Assembly: GCF_016432865.1 (NCBI RefSeq)
Contig: NC_067398.1
Coordinates: 657,572,001 to 657,636,000 of the forward strand
Direction of reading: 5' to 3'
DNA from: Antechinus flavipes
Lineage: Eukaryota
DNA: 64,000 nucleotides
A model generated the notes under the pieces. It was given only the letters and a program-made list of their open reading frames with translations, was not told where the DNA came from and ran no database searches. Shown piece after piece: positions 40,501 through 53,200 of this stretch (position 1 is its first letter; each line of letters starts with the position of its first letter). Both the position numbers and the translations under genes were made by a program.

Positions 40501-43500
40501 CCCTCCCCACAGCTCTCTCTCTGACCCCAATCTCAGTGAGAGCCAGCTGCATGCAGAGCAGGAAGTCCCGCGTTAAACCTTCAAGCTGGGAACCCTCCTC
40601 AGCCCCTCTGCCCCCGCCCTGAAGTCCAGCCCCAGGGGACTGGGTTCTCAATCCCAGCTGGGACAAGAGCCAAGAGGAAGATTCCAGCCCGGGACTCAGC
40701 GTTCCGGCCGGTGGCTCCCTGGGGCTTCAGGGGTGAGGGGGCTGACTCAACGGGCCCCACCCATCCCCAGTCATTCATATCTCTGGTCAATGACCCCCCT
40801 CCCCATCCGGCTCCTGCCCCCATGGGGGAAGGCTCAGAATGGAGCATGCCGGCACACAAGGCGAGCCTGCCCAGGCCTCCCTGACCCCTACCTTATTCTT
40901 CTTCCCAAAGGGCCAGCGCTTGGGGCGATTCCTGACTGGCCCTCGTGGGTCGGGGCGCCCATCCGGGGGGAGTCCCAGGCTGCTATCTGAGGGGGCGCGG
41001 GTCATAGGCTGGCTGAAGTCCTCAAACTCGACGTCGCCAGGGCGGGTGAAGCCAGATTTGTGCAGGCCGATGAGCACCTGGGAATCCTGGGAAACAGGTG
41101 GAGGACGGGGGTTGGGGGCAATCCAGGTTCTCACCATCTGGCCGCTACCCAACTTGGTGGCTTCTCACAGATTATAGCAGAAAGGGCCCTTTGGGCGCCT
41201 GAGCCGAGGTGACCTCAGGGATCATCTAAGTCCATCAATCTGATTTTACAGCTTGAGAATCGAGCTGAGGGCAAGGAGGGCCCCAGGATAGGATCACCTG
41301 TGCCTGAGCAGGCCTCGGAGATCCTGCCCTGGGCTCAGCTCTCGGGCCTCCCCGGGACTCTGGCCCTGGGCTCGGGTCTCGGGCCTCCCCGGGACTCTGG
41401 CCTTGGGCTCGGGTCTCAGAGTTCCTGCCCTGGGCTCAGCTCTCGGGCCTCCTCGGGACTCTGGCCTCAGGCCTCCTCGGGACTCTGGCCTCGGGCCTCC
41501 TTGGGACTCTGGCCCTGGGCTCGGATCTTGGGCCTCCTTGGGTCTCTGGCCTCGGGCCTCCTTGGGACTCTGGCCCTGGGCTCGGGTCTCTGGCCTCGGG
41601 CCTCCTTGGGACTCTGGCCCTGGGCTCGGGTCTCGGGCCTCCTTGGGACTCTGGCCCTGGGCTCGGATCTTGGGCCTCCTTGGGTCTCTGGCCTCGGGCC
41701 TCCTTGGGACTCTGGCCCTGGGCTCGGGTCTCTGGCCTCGGGCCTCCTTGGGACTCTGGCCCTGGGCTCGGGTCTCGGGCCTCCTTGGGACTCTGGCCCT
41801 GGGCTCGGATCTTGGGCCTCCTTGGGTCTCTGGCCTCGGGCCTCCTTGGGACTCTGGCCCTGGGCTCGGGTCTCTGGCCTCGGGCCTCCTTGGGACTCTG
41901 GCCCTGGGCTCGGGTCTCGGGCCTCCCCGGGACTCTGGCCCTGGGCTCGGGTCTCGGGCCTCCCCGGGACTCTGGCCCTGGGCTCGGATCTCAGGCCTCC
42001 TTGGGTCTCTGGCCTCGGGCCTCCTTGGGACTCTGGCCCTGGGCTCGGGTCTCGGGCCTCCCCGGGACTCTGGCCCTGGGCTCGGATCTCAGGCCTCCTT
42101 GGGTCTCTGGCCTCGGGCCTCCTTGGGTCTCTGGCCTCGGGCCTCCTTGGGACTCTGGCCCTGGGCTCGGGTCTCTGGCCTCGGGCCTCCTTGGGACTCT
42201 GGCCCTGGGCTCGGGTCTCGGGCCTCCCCGGGACTCTGGCCCTGGGCTCGGGTCTCGGGCCTCCCCGGGACTCTGGCCCTGGGCTCGGATCTCAGGCCTC
42301 CTTGGGTCTCTGGCCTCGGGCCTCCTTGGGGCTCCGGCCCTCCCTGCAGCCGCCCTCCTCAGGGCCATCACTGGCACTGTCAGCTCCCCTCCCCCCCAGG
42401 GCCCAGCACCCACGTTCTTGGGGTCCACAGCGGCAGCAGCCACCTTCATGCCTTCCAGGCACTTCCCGATGATTGGCATGACCTGGAGCTCGGTCTCGGA
42501 TAGAAGTCCGTAACTCGCGCCAAGCCGGGCCGTCCGCCGCTCGTCCATGTCCTGGAGCTTCTGGGGAGGCACAGGGGATTGAGGGGAAGGGCTGGCAGGG
42601 GGAGAACCCAAGATGCTGGGAGCTCGGAAGAGGGTCTTAGGGAATCTGGGGAAACAGAGAAGGGCCTGGACCCCTGGAACCCCTGGAGGCTCGGGCTGCT
42701 CACATCAAAGATCTGTGGCATCTCCGTGAAGTAGAAGTGGGCCTGGTCGCGGTTGAAGCGCTGGAGCTGGGCGGCGTACTCGTTCTTGCTCTCCTCGGCC
42801 ATGTGGCTGCGCACGTGGGCCTGCTGCTTTGCCTGCAGGAGATCACTCCGGGGTCACGGCCCGCCGCGCCCGCAGCCCCACCCTCGCCCCCCGAGTCCCA
42901 CAGCCCTCCCACCTTCTCCACATCGGCCTTGGTGGCGTTGATGTCCTGGTCCAGCCGCTCGGCCGTCTGAGCTGCCTTCTCGGCCTCCCGACAGTCTCGT
43001 TCAAACTTCCGCTTGCTCTGAGGAAGGTGACAAGGAGAAAGAAGTCACCTAAGGGTGAACTCTCCCCCTCCTCCCCAGGAGGGAGGGACTCCTTTTCCCA
43101 TTTTAAAGAAGGAGAAATTGAGTCCCAGTGAGGTGAAAGCCCCTCATTCCCAATCCAGTCCATCAGGGGTAGAGCTTTTATTTTCTGTATCATGGTCAAA
43201 CAAGTAAGTAATAATGTAAGGACTAAAAACTGGAGGCAGGACTTAAGCAGGGACAGTAAAGGCGGTCCACACCCCCATTCTGGCCCTGCTGGCCCACCAA
43301 AGGCAGTCCACCACCCTGTGTCCTGGCCTGCTGGCCCAGCAGCTGAGAGGTCTGTAGGGCCCCCAGGTGTGGTTCTGCTCACTTTTCCGCCCTCTCTCCT
43401 TCTCTTTTTCCCCTCTCGGAGCACTCACATTCTCCAGCTGCTTGAGTCCATTTTCCAGCTGCTGCTGCGCCCGGCGGCCCTCCTGGAAATGCTGCAGGAG

Positions 43501-45351
43501 TGGGAGGAGAGCTTAGAAATGAAGTCCTGGGGCCCAAGTGGACTAGGGGAGATGGAGTAGGGGGACTGCCTTGCCAGAAGGGGAGAATTTGAGTGAAGGC
43601 TTGGAGTTTTGGGGATGCCCTCACCATTTTCCGCTCCTGTTTGATGTCCTGTGAATACTTGGCCAGCTCCAGACACACTTGCATGGTCAGGTTCTCAGCC
43701 ACCAGTTCCCGCTGGCCAGCAAAGTCATTGAGCTCTTGTAAAACTTGCATGAAAGATTGTTGCTGACTGAACCTGGGGCAGGGACAGAGACAGAGGGGAG
43801 AACTTAGCAATGACTGACATCTGCATCCAGGCTCCCATGAGGGAGGAGAGAAGGGGACCAATTCCACCACCCCAGCCACATCCTCCCTCCTCACTTCGAC
43901 TCCGGATCATCCTTTGTCGATCTCTTGGGAAGGTATTTTTTCACGAGGCTCCTGTCGGGAAGATGGGTAGGAGAGAAAGGAAGAGAACTGTTAAGTCTAA
44001 GTTTGGCCCCCTCCCCACTCAGAAAGATCCCAAGAAGGCTCGTCCCATAGTCTTTGCCAGCATTCCACCTCCGCTCACAGCCCAGAATCCTAAGGGATTT
44101 TACCCCAGATTGAGCTTCCCCTAAGCTCCCTGGAGCCTGGCAGCTGAATTAGCCAGCCCCGGGTCCCCACGCTGAGCCCTGCTATCCCAGCCTGAGGCCC
44201 ACCTGAGCTGCTTGGCGTAGCTCTGTTCTACTTCTGTCCGTTCCTTCACAAACTTCACGTATTTGTCTAACAGGTCCAGGCCCCATTGCGTGTGGCGTTC
44301 GATCACCTCAAACTGGTCCTGAAGGGGAGCAGGAAATATGGGGAAAGAAAAAGGGACAGGACTTTAAATACATTCTGTCCCCTCTCTGAACCTCAGTTTC
44401 CTTCTCTGTAAAAGGAGAAATCTAATGTTCCTTCCAGGGACAGCCATCTCCAAATTTATGACCTCAGAGAGGCCAGGGGAGTCCAGGCTCACAGCTCCAA
44501 TTCTCCACCCCCCCCCTCCTGTGGGTGTAGCCGACAAAGCCCCACCCCAATGGCCTGGACTGGGAGTGGCCAGGAAAACAGCCCTTCTGGAGGAGGGCTC
44601 TCAGAAAAGAGAAGCCATGGGCAGCAGAAGGTGTTCCCCCTCTCCCATCAGAGTCCCTAAACCAGAAGGGGCAAAGATGGTGGGACTGAATCCCCATCCA
44701 CCAAAAACCAAGACTTTGTCAGTGCAAAGCTGGAAGAGAGAGGGGAGACGCTACAAGAGCTTCACAGAATCTTTGTTCTTCTCCCCAGGGACAAAATTAG
44801 CCTGGAACCTGCCTGTTCCCTGGTCCTTACCCCCAAGGCCCCAGCTCCAGCCAGGTTACCCCACACACACCCCTAATCCCCCTCCATTCCGGAAAATCCG
44901 GCTGGGCGGGCAGGAGTGGGTGAGTCAGGCACTACAGAAAGACAGAGAGGGGGGCAGTATTACTGGCAGGCAAGAGGCGGGCACTGCCCCAGAGGCTAAA
45001 AGTACTTAACCCCCCAGCCCCCAAGGCCTGAGATCAAGGGTTCCTAAATTCCCTTCTCTCCAGGGAGACCCACAGGAAGTCTACAGCTTAGGTGGACCCT
45101 AGCTGTTTGGCCCATATGGGACACAAGAATCAGAAAATGGGCCTATGGTTTAGAATACTGGTTCTACTCCCTATCTGACCTTGAGGATGTCACTTAATTT
45201 CCATGGCCTCAGTCTCCCCATAAAAGGTTTCCCCTCTAAAACTCATTAACCTGTTACTTCCCCAATTACCTGGGTGCAGTAGAAAGACAAAAGGAAATAT
45301 CATCACTGCCCTCCCCAAGTGAGGAAAATTCTCATTTTTCTCTCTCTCACA

Positions 45352-45394
<43 letters not shown>

Positions 45395-48300
45395 TCTGTC
45401 TCTTTCTTTTCATCCCTCCCTCTCTCCCTCCTTCCCCCTCAAGAGTTTCAAGGGAAGTCCTATCCTAAACCCTACTCATTGACTCAGTCCCCCCAGAGTC
45501 ACAAATAGTCTCCATAAAATCCCAAGTATTTTTGGGTGCTCCTTTTCTCTCCTATTCCAGGCCCCGTCATATAACACCAACGCACCTCCTCCTGTCCATA
45601 TCTACTCTCTTTCCCACCCCTGTCCCCCAACAGCACGGAGCTATTCCATTAGGCGGCCCCACACTGTAGGTGGAGTTTCAAAAGCTGACTGGGTTCTGTT
45701 CCCCATTCCTAACTCGTTAGGTTAAATTCCTGGCTTTCTCAGAACCTCAGTTTCCTCATCTGTAAGATGAGAAGGTGTCTAAGACCTCTCTCAATTTTGA
45801 CATTCTAATACTCCCTTTTTAACCTATCTCCCTGCCCTTCCTCATGAGTCAGGCTTTAGAAAGTGGCAAGAAATTGGTATAGCCATTTATTCTGAAGTTT
45901 CTCCTCCCAGGTAGTGTACTCCTACTTTCCTGGGGAACAGGACTACAAACCATAAGATCCCCCTCCCACTCCCCAGCTCCAGTCCTTGGTAACTTGACTT
46001 GACTGGGATTCCTGGGGATTTCTGGAGGGCCCTGGATTTTCCAGGCCCCTGGGGATGGGAACTCCCAACAGCCAAGGGAGGGGGGTGGTGATGAAGAGTT
46101 AGAGAAAGAGGAATTAAGACTTCTTCTGGAGACCAGACTCCTCACACCTCCCATGGCTAACTGGACTCCTTCCCCAGAGTCCTCAGCTTCTCTAGCCCTT
46201 CCCCCTTTATGGGAGAAGACCCCTCTCCCACTATTTAAGGCGTTTAGCCTTCAGTCTGCCCTCCCTCTCTCGGCAGGGATGTTATCAGTCTCAGGCCAGT
46301 CCTTTAGAGCCCAGTAAATGGATTAATCCCAGCCAGGAAGAGGGAGGAGCTCAGGAACCAGGCCCCCATTCCCTAAAAGAGAACAAGGGAAGGAAAGATG
46401 TCTCCAAGTCACACTGGAAGAAGTGTCAGAGCTTTCCTGGGACAACATGGCTGAAGTAAGCATTGGGGCACCAGGCTGGAAACAAGCGGAAATCCTGGGT
46501 CCTAACAACCACCTGGTGGCTCTCTGCTTAACACTCTACCCCACCCTAACCCCCCAGCTATGTACTGAACCAGCTGCCCCTGGGCAAAGACCCAGAGACC
46601 CAGTAAGATAAGAAGGAGCCTGACCTGGTCAGGGAGCTCAAAATAGGTGACCTATTCCAGTTTGCCACATACTCCCCCCCCTTTCATCTGGCACAAGCTC
46701 GATTCCCAGGGAATGACCCTAGTGCCAGAACCCCCACATAGCTCATCCTCCTTCCACCTAGCTCAGGCCCCAAAGTGGGAGTGGAGAAACTGAGGCCGGG
46801 CCCATCAAAAATCAAGTCTTTCTCCAAGGGAAGGCCCCAGTAACTGGGGGAAACTCGATGCTCACCAGGGGCCTAAGGCCAGAGTCCATGGAGTGAGGTC
46901 CCCACCCCCACCCACCCCTCCCCCTCCCCCAGGAACTCCCAAAGCCAGAGGGTCAAGGAGGGCAGGGGGAGAGCCAGAGCCAGAGCCAGGGCTAGGGGTG
47001 GGAAGAAATCTTCCTTCCAGCCCTAGATTAGGAGCCTTCCCAAAGGTCCAAGCTTGAACGGAGCCAAACTATGAGACATCCATCGAGGACAAACTGGTTT
47101 GCCAGGGAGAGGGAGAGAGACTGAGGGCCAGAGGGCCAGGGGTAAGGAAAACAAAACAGGGAGAAGAGCGCCTGAGGCCCAGCCAGGGGAAGGGACCGAG
47201 GCAGCCTAAGGACTGGGCCTTTTGGGGTGGGGTGGGGGGAGGGCTAGGATCCCTGGCCCAGGCATTAGGCTGGGAAGGAAATCCACTTCCTGTTGGGGGG
47301 GTGGGAGGGGGAGGAGAGCAAGGGATGTAAACACAGTAGCTCAAGCCAAGGGAGGGGTCACTAGTGACAACCCTCCACACTCTCCCCCCAAAAAATCAAG
47401 GGTCGGGTGCTGAGTGGCCTGTCCTAGTCACTGGGAAACCCTTCGGTTCCCCCCAACATCGGTCCCCCTCCAGCAAGGCTAGCCGGCCCGGCCTCCTCAG
47501 GGCTACGAAGAGTGGGGCATATATGGGAAGGAGAGGGAGCGCTGGCTACAGGACTCCAAAGAGTCCAGCCTCCACCTCAGACCCAGGAATATATGACCTC
47601 TTGGATATCGGGATCCTGTGTGGGTGGGGCAGGAGGGACAGGGTCCGACTGGCAAAGGGCCCTTTGGAAATGCGGCATAAATAACTTCGGCTGAGGTCAA
47701 TTAGGTCAGGACTGGAGAAAGGGGAGTTCCTGGCCCGGAGGAGTCTCCGAGCTCTCTCCGCCAACCTTCCAACCCTAGAGTTCAAAAGGGGAGAGGGAGG
47801 CTAGTCCGGTGACAAAAGGCAGCACTCTAAGCACGGTGCGGAGGAAGACACTAGGAGAGACTGGGGAAGTATGGGAAGGGGGACAGGAGAAGAATTCTGG
47901 GAGAAGAAACTGAGGAAAGGAGGCAAACGGGAGGGAGCATGAGAAAGAGAAAAGGGGGGGGGGTGAAAAGGCCTGAAAGCACCGGGGGAGGGGGAGTAGA
48001 AGAGACCTGTAAGAGAGTCGGGGGAAGGGAGCGGGAGAGAAAGAGAAGGGGAACTAGGAGAAAACTGAGAATAGAAGGGGACAGGAGAGAAATTACTTTA
48101 AGGGAGATGACTGCAGCCGCCAGGGAAGAGAAACTGAAATCAAAGTGAAGAGAATTGCAAAGGGGGGTTGGGGGAAAGGGAATTGGAAAAGATTGAGGGG
48201 GGGCACTGGAATAAACGTGAGGGGCCAACTAGGAGAACTGGGGGAGAACTGGAAGAGAAAGTGTAGGGCAATGGGAAAGAAATGGAAGAGAACGGCGAAG

Positions 48301-48514
48301 AGGCCGGTGGAAGAGTTGAGAGAGGGCGCCGAGAGAGGACTAACCCGGAGGGGGGAGAGAAGGGGACGAGGACTGACCTGGGATAGCAGCTAAGGGAGAA
48401 AACTGGGAGGGGGCACTGGGATACAGGAAGGGGGCCCCCAAGAGACGGAGAGGACTGATGGAAAAAGTGGGGGGCCGGAACCAGACTCACCCAAAGCTCC
48501 GTGCCCCAATCCAT
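37510..48514 (-). CDS. TRIP10: Cdc42-interacting protein 4 (F-BAR, HR1, SH3), 597 aa with cassette exon
   Basis: Exons 48491-48514, 44203-44318, 43895-43951, 43625-43772, 43429-43491, 42913-43017, 42704-42832, 42414-42560, 40892-41086, 39656-39820 (cassette), 39261-39370, 38706-38838, 38369-38499, 37986-38107, 37510-37658 (TGA). [25 protein letters not shown]..., HR1 [17 protein letters not shown]3 GDGWTRVRR...EGYVPTSYL. Confidence 0.96.
39656..39820 (-). CDS. TRIP10: TRIP10 symmetric 165-nt cassette exon (long CIP4 isoform insert)
   Basis: Phase 0/0, AG/GT flanked; [55 protein letters not shown], homologous to the alternative insert of long mammalian CIP4 isoforms. Confidence 0.85.
40526..40546 (-). 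other. Candidate 21-nt in-frame microexon (LALTEIG) in TRIP10 intron 9
   Basis: Minus strand tttaac-gcgggacttcctgctctgcatgcAG|CTGGCTCTCACTGAGATTGGG|GTcagag; phase 0 like the flanking exons. Confidence 0.4.
41323..42340. repeat. GC-rich compound minisatellite (24/37/44-bp units, 142-bp higher-order repeat) in TRIP10 intron 8
   Basis: Units GGGACTCTGGCCCTGGGCTCGGGTCTCGGGCCTCCYY (37), GGGACTCTGGCCCTGGGCTCGGATCTTGGGCCTCCTT (37), GGGTCTCTGGCCTCGGGCCTCCTT (24) and a 44-bp fusion; the four-unit block repeats at 41503, 41645 and 41787. Confidence 0.95.
45350..45392. repeat. (CA)n microsatellite
   Basis: About 21 CA units in TRIP10 intron 1. Confidence 0.95.
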
Positions 48515-48800
48515 GCTGCTCCCGCCGCCAGACCCGAGACACTGCCCCAGCCCCGCGCGGCCGGGCCCGGCCCGGCGCGGCCCAACCCCGCCCTCCGCCT
48601 CTAGGCTCCGCCCCCGGCCGGGCCCGGTTCCGCCCCCAAAAGCTAGACACACCTCCCACCTCCCCAGCGCCACCGAACCCGGGAATGGAAACTCTGGGAG
48701 AGGTGGAGCCGCGAGTGGGAGTGGAGCGGCATCCTCCCCGCCCCCTTTTAAAGACCTAGGACTCATTCTATAGCCCCGGAGCTACCTCCAGCCACTTAAC
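48400..48800 (-). promoter_or_regulatory. TRIP10 CpG island promoter / 5' UTR
   Basis: Dense CpG and CCCCGCC boxes around the 24-nt first coding exon. Confidence 0.75.
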
Positions 48801-51800
48801 CCATTCATTATCCAGCTCCAACCGATTTCCAGGGACCTCCCACCCCCTCACTCCCGCTCTCTCTACCCCCTCCATCTCTTAAAGGGACTAGACGCTATTT
48901 CTGCTTTCCCAAGAAGACCACCCTTTGCCAAATTCCTTCCCCCCCCTTAAAGGGACATGGCCAGAATCCCCTCCCCAGCTCCCCAGACCAGACCACACAG
49001 AAGAGGAGACAGGAGGCTGAGGTCACTCGGTTATTTTGAGTACAGGGCCAGTTTCCAGACAGCTACCTTGTCGCCACTAATGGTCTCCGGCCACAAGGAC
49101 AGAGGGTGTGCGGTGGGAGGCGCGGAGGGGGGGAGGGGGAGGTGAAGAGGTGGGGAAGATGAGGGAAGGAGGGGAATGGAGCCGCTTCGATCCTACCCCA
49201 GGCTGACCTCTTCCAAGGCCACCTTGCGGTCAGCTCCATTAGTGACTCCCCCCCCCACCAAAAAACCCCGCGGCTTCCTGGCCTGGTTTGCCCAAACGCC
49301 AAGGCCCCCAGCTCCTCTGCATCGGAAATGCAGAGACAGACCGACCTTGGCCGGTGGAGCAGTCCCCAGCTCCTCAGCCTTAGCAGCTGTCTCATCCCCT
49401 TTGCCCAACTCGGTTTAACACCATCCCATTTCCTTGGATTCAGACAGGCCTAATTACCACCTGATTCATTTCCACCTTGATCAGCCCCAGCCCCCTCCCC
49501 CCCTCACCACCCCAGACACCCTGCCCTGAGGGACTGGGAAGTTAGTCTCACCTCCATCCCAGGCCTGGAGACCTCTCTACCACCGAGCCCATAAAAGTCA
49601 GTTCCCACCTTGTAAAACTCTTTGAGGCGCTGGGATGAAAAGAAAAGGATGGGGCGAAAGGTTCCAGCCTGCTCCCATCTTCCTTCTTATCCTATCGCCT
49701 AGACTGGCTTTTTTCTTTAGAGCTGCCTGGGCTGGGGTCCAGAGCTACCTGGTTCCCAGCCACTTTGGGGTCACAGCTGGAGCCAAAAAGATTCCTCCCC
49801 TCAGACTATTAGAGTCCATGAAGTTGTGGTTCCCTTAAAGGAGTTAAGTGCTTTCAGATCCTCCTGGGGGGAGACGAGGATCTAGGATGAGGGGTGTCTG
49901 CATTGTAGGGAGCCCATAACCCCAAAATAAGGGCAGACTTGGGAACCTTGAAGTTCAGTCACTGCCGGGACTAGTGCCCCACCTACTGGCCATTCTGGAC
50001 ACTGGAAACTTGCACCATGCCCAAGTAGGGCCAAATCCTCCCCTAAATTGCTATGGTGTCCTCTACCTAAGAAGCCAAAGCAACCGCTGTAGGTTGTACC
50101 TGTCACTTAGCACACACCTCAGAGTGCAGCAAATCTAGTTCCTGAAGACACAGAAACGAAGATCTTCCTCTCCTCTCTCACGGGTCTATTTTCCTCAGTT
50201 TCCCCCTCCCAAGAAATGATAGGGAATAGAGATTGGACCTGTGGTTTTGGTGATACCGGGAACTACTGAAATGTGGAAATCATCTCTGCCAATCGGAGTC
50301 AGCACCATTTCTGCAATTCAGAGTCCAGGGCTGCACCGGACAGGACAAAACTAAGCAACCTGTGCAGGATTGCATATTCCCGAGGGCAGAGTAGTCACTT
50401 GTACTGAGGCTAGCTCTCTCCGCCATGCTGGGGTCCAATAAATCCAACAGACATTTACTATGTGCCTACTATGTGCCGACGCACCTAATAAATGAATCGA
50501 TGAATGAAATACCAACCAACAGGCAACGGCTATGTATAAGGTGAACATTGATTTCAAACTTTTTTGTGCCAAGTTCTGGAGCTATGAAGCCAAAAGGGAA
50601 GATAGTCCCTTCTTTCAAGAGCTCACTTTAATAGAGGGAAATAAACAAGGGGGAGGCCGGGACAGAGGGTTTGGGTTTGAAGAGTTACAGGGAAACTATG
50701 GGTTTCAGGGAACAGAAAGAGTTGCATCTGCATCTGTCTCCATCTTCAGTCACTCGACTTCTCTCCTAATTCTGACCCTCATCTTCCCAGGGAGGTATAT
50801 TGACTCATTCTTTCCAATAGCAGTGTTGATCTGATTATAGTCCCAGAGTTAGAGGGTTGGAGGCAGCCGAGGAGAAAATGGTGGGGAACTGGAGTCGGTT
50901 TGATGTAGCTGGCCACAATGAGGTCCTGAGCTCAAAGGATTAATTATTCCAGGACATGGTTTCTGATCCAGGAAATTGGGGAAGTTTTTGTTTTGTCGAG
51001 ATTCTCCCTCCATCATGCCTAATTAGGGAATGTGTTTTACTTACTTATCCATGTGCATGTAATGGGTTTTGTTTTTCTTGCTTTCTTAATGGGAGGAAGG
51101 AGAGAGAATTCAAAACTGGAAATAAAACAAGTAAATTATAAATAAATTAATATTAGATTCTGTCTCTAGGACATCTTTGCATCAATATCTCCACTCAGTC
51201 CACTTCTATCTTAGTCAAGGCCCTCATTTCCTCTCTCTTGGACTATATTGCCTTCTGATTAGTGTCTCTCTTTCCAATCTCACCAATTTCTAATGCATTA
51301 TTCCAATAGTTACAAAGCTAACATCCTTAAAACACATGGGAGAAAGGAGTTGATCCTGATCAACTGAACCTCACTGAGCCAAACAATGAAATCACACAAT
51401 GCAAACTCCAGTCTGGAGTAAGAGATCCAGGAATTTAAATGTGGCCTCAAGTCGCTACTATTTGACCTCAGCCAAGTTCCTTAATCTGTTTGCCTCAATT
51501 AAAAAATAGGGATGATAAAAGCATCAACCTCACAGAGTTGTTTAGAAGGTCAAATGAAATATTTTATGGAGTAAATAATAATAAATGCTTGTTTACTTCT
51601 TTCCCTTCCTCATTTTCTTCCTTCTCTCTCTCTTTATCCTTTCTTTTCCTCCTTCCTCTTCCTTCAACAGATGGAGAGAGAGAATTTCTTTCTCATCCTT
51701 CCCCATTGGCAGTGGCACCTTGCAACCAAAGCACATAGCAAGGAACAGCTGTAGTATTAAGTAAAATTGCTGAGTTATCTGAAAGGAACTCAAGTTAGGA

Positions 51801-52619
51801 TCCTGCTTGTGAGGCAGTAAGTCCCTGAATCAAAACTCTCACTGGTCCTAAATCAGGGTTTCAGTTCTTTCTGAAAGTACCCTAGGCCTGAATGTCAATG
51901 CAGATCAAAGCTGGAGACATTAGAAGCCTTGGACCCCTTGCACCTAATCTCACAGCAGTTGAAGGATTAACACAAGGAAATGGCAAAAAGACATGTGATA
52001 GGTAGGGTACCCTGAAGTTGCAACTTGTCCCAGTTTGTCACCGTAGTTGAGAATGCTCTGTGTACATACACTTGCTGATTCTGTGGGTGGATTTGTGGCA
52101 GAGTGTTCCTCAAGTTTATGGACCAGACATGTTTCTGCTTTTCTTAACTCTGCTATTTAATTTTGCTGTGAGCTAATTCTATCTTTGGTTCAACTTCTGA
52201 AAGGTAAACACACCGTAAGCCATAGCTGTAGTTCAGATTCACCCTGAGCTAGTCACTTGGTTACTGAGCACTCTCTGCCTCCTGAATTTACTCTGTATCA
52301 TTTTCTATGTAAATCTTGTCTTTGCAAGTGTTTTTCCCTTCATCTGGAAAAAAGTGCCACAAGAACAGAAGCTTGGGATTTGGGGAGCAACAATGAGGAA
52401 AGGTCATCAACTGTCAAATTGAGCAAGGTATTTAAAACTCCTTATCTGTGGTGGATGTACCCATTCACTACATGTTTTATAACATGTGTGTTTATTTCTT
52501 TGTATCCACTTTGTGTCTTCCCAATAGGATGTAATATCCTTCGAGGCAGGGCTTTTTCCATATTATCTTCATAAACTTAGCACATACTATAGCGTGCTAC
52601 ACAGAGCAGATACCTAATA

Positions 52620-53200
52620 TTTGTGATTGAATTGAAGAGGCTTAGAAGGATGAGGTGATGGCAGGACTGGAGTATGGAGCATGAGCTGACAAGGCTAAGA
52701 GAAGGACTGGGCTAGGGAGCCCAGAGCTATATACAGAATGGACTGAAGGGACATGAAATTTGGGGAAGGGGCAAGAGGAGGATGGTTGAAGGGAGTGAAG
52801 AAGAATAAAAGAGTTAAGAACCCTGAGGGGTCTGTTGGGGCCTGAAAGAACCAAAGGGACAGAGTAGACTAGGAGAAAGAAATGGCTTTTGAATCTAGGG
52901 GAGCTAATTAGATGAGAGCAGGCATTGAGAAGAGAAGTCTAGGACAGAGACTGGAGGGAGCACCTAGAGTTAGAGCGAAGGCATGGATAACGGTCCAGCA
53001 AGGGAGAATGAGAAGAAAGAGAATCAGGAAAAAACTGCATTATGAAAGTCAAAAGTAGAGAAAATACAGAGGAGAAGGGGGAGGAGGAGAAAGACAAGGA
53101 TGAGGAGGGGAAAGTGGAGGCGGTCAGTCATACCCAAGGTTCCAGAGAGATCAAAAAGGATGCAACAAATGGGGGGAAGGTAAGAATTAGAGCCCCAGGA
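52620..53200 (-). mobile_element. L2 LINE fragment
   Basis: Purine-rich antisense L2-type sequence, recognised by composition and pattern only. Confidence 0.4.

Noticed and set aside
41323-42340. CRISPR-like array
   Set aside because: Vertebrate DNA; repeats are contiguous with no unique spacers.
41300-42513. Three long overlapping plus-strand ORFs (390, 366, 277 aa)
   Set aside because: The A-poor minisatellite rarely forms stop codons, so open frames are expected; they are antisense to TRIP10 with no promoter evidence.
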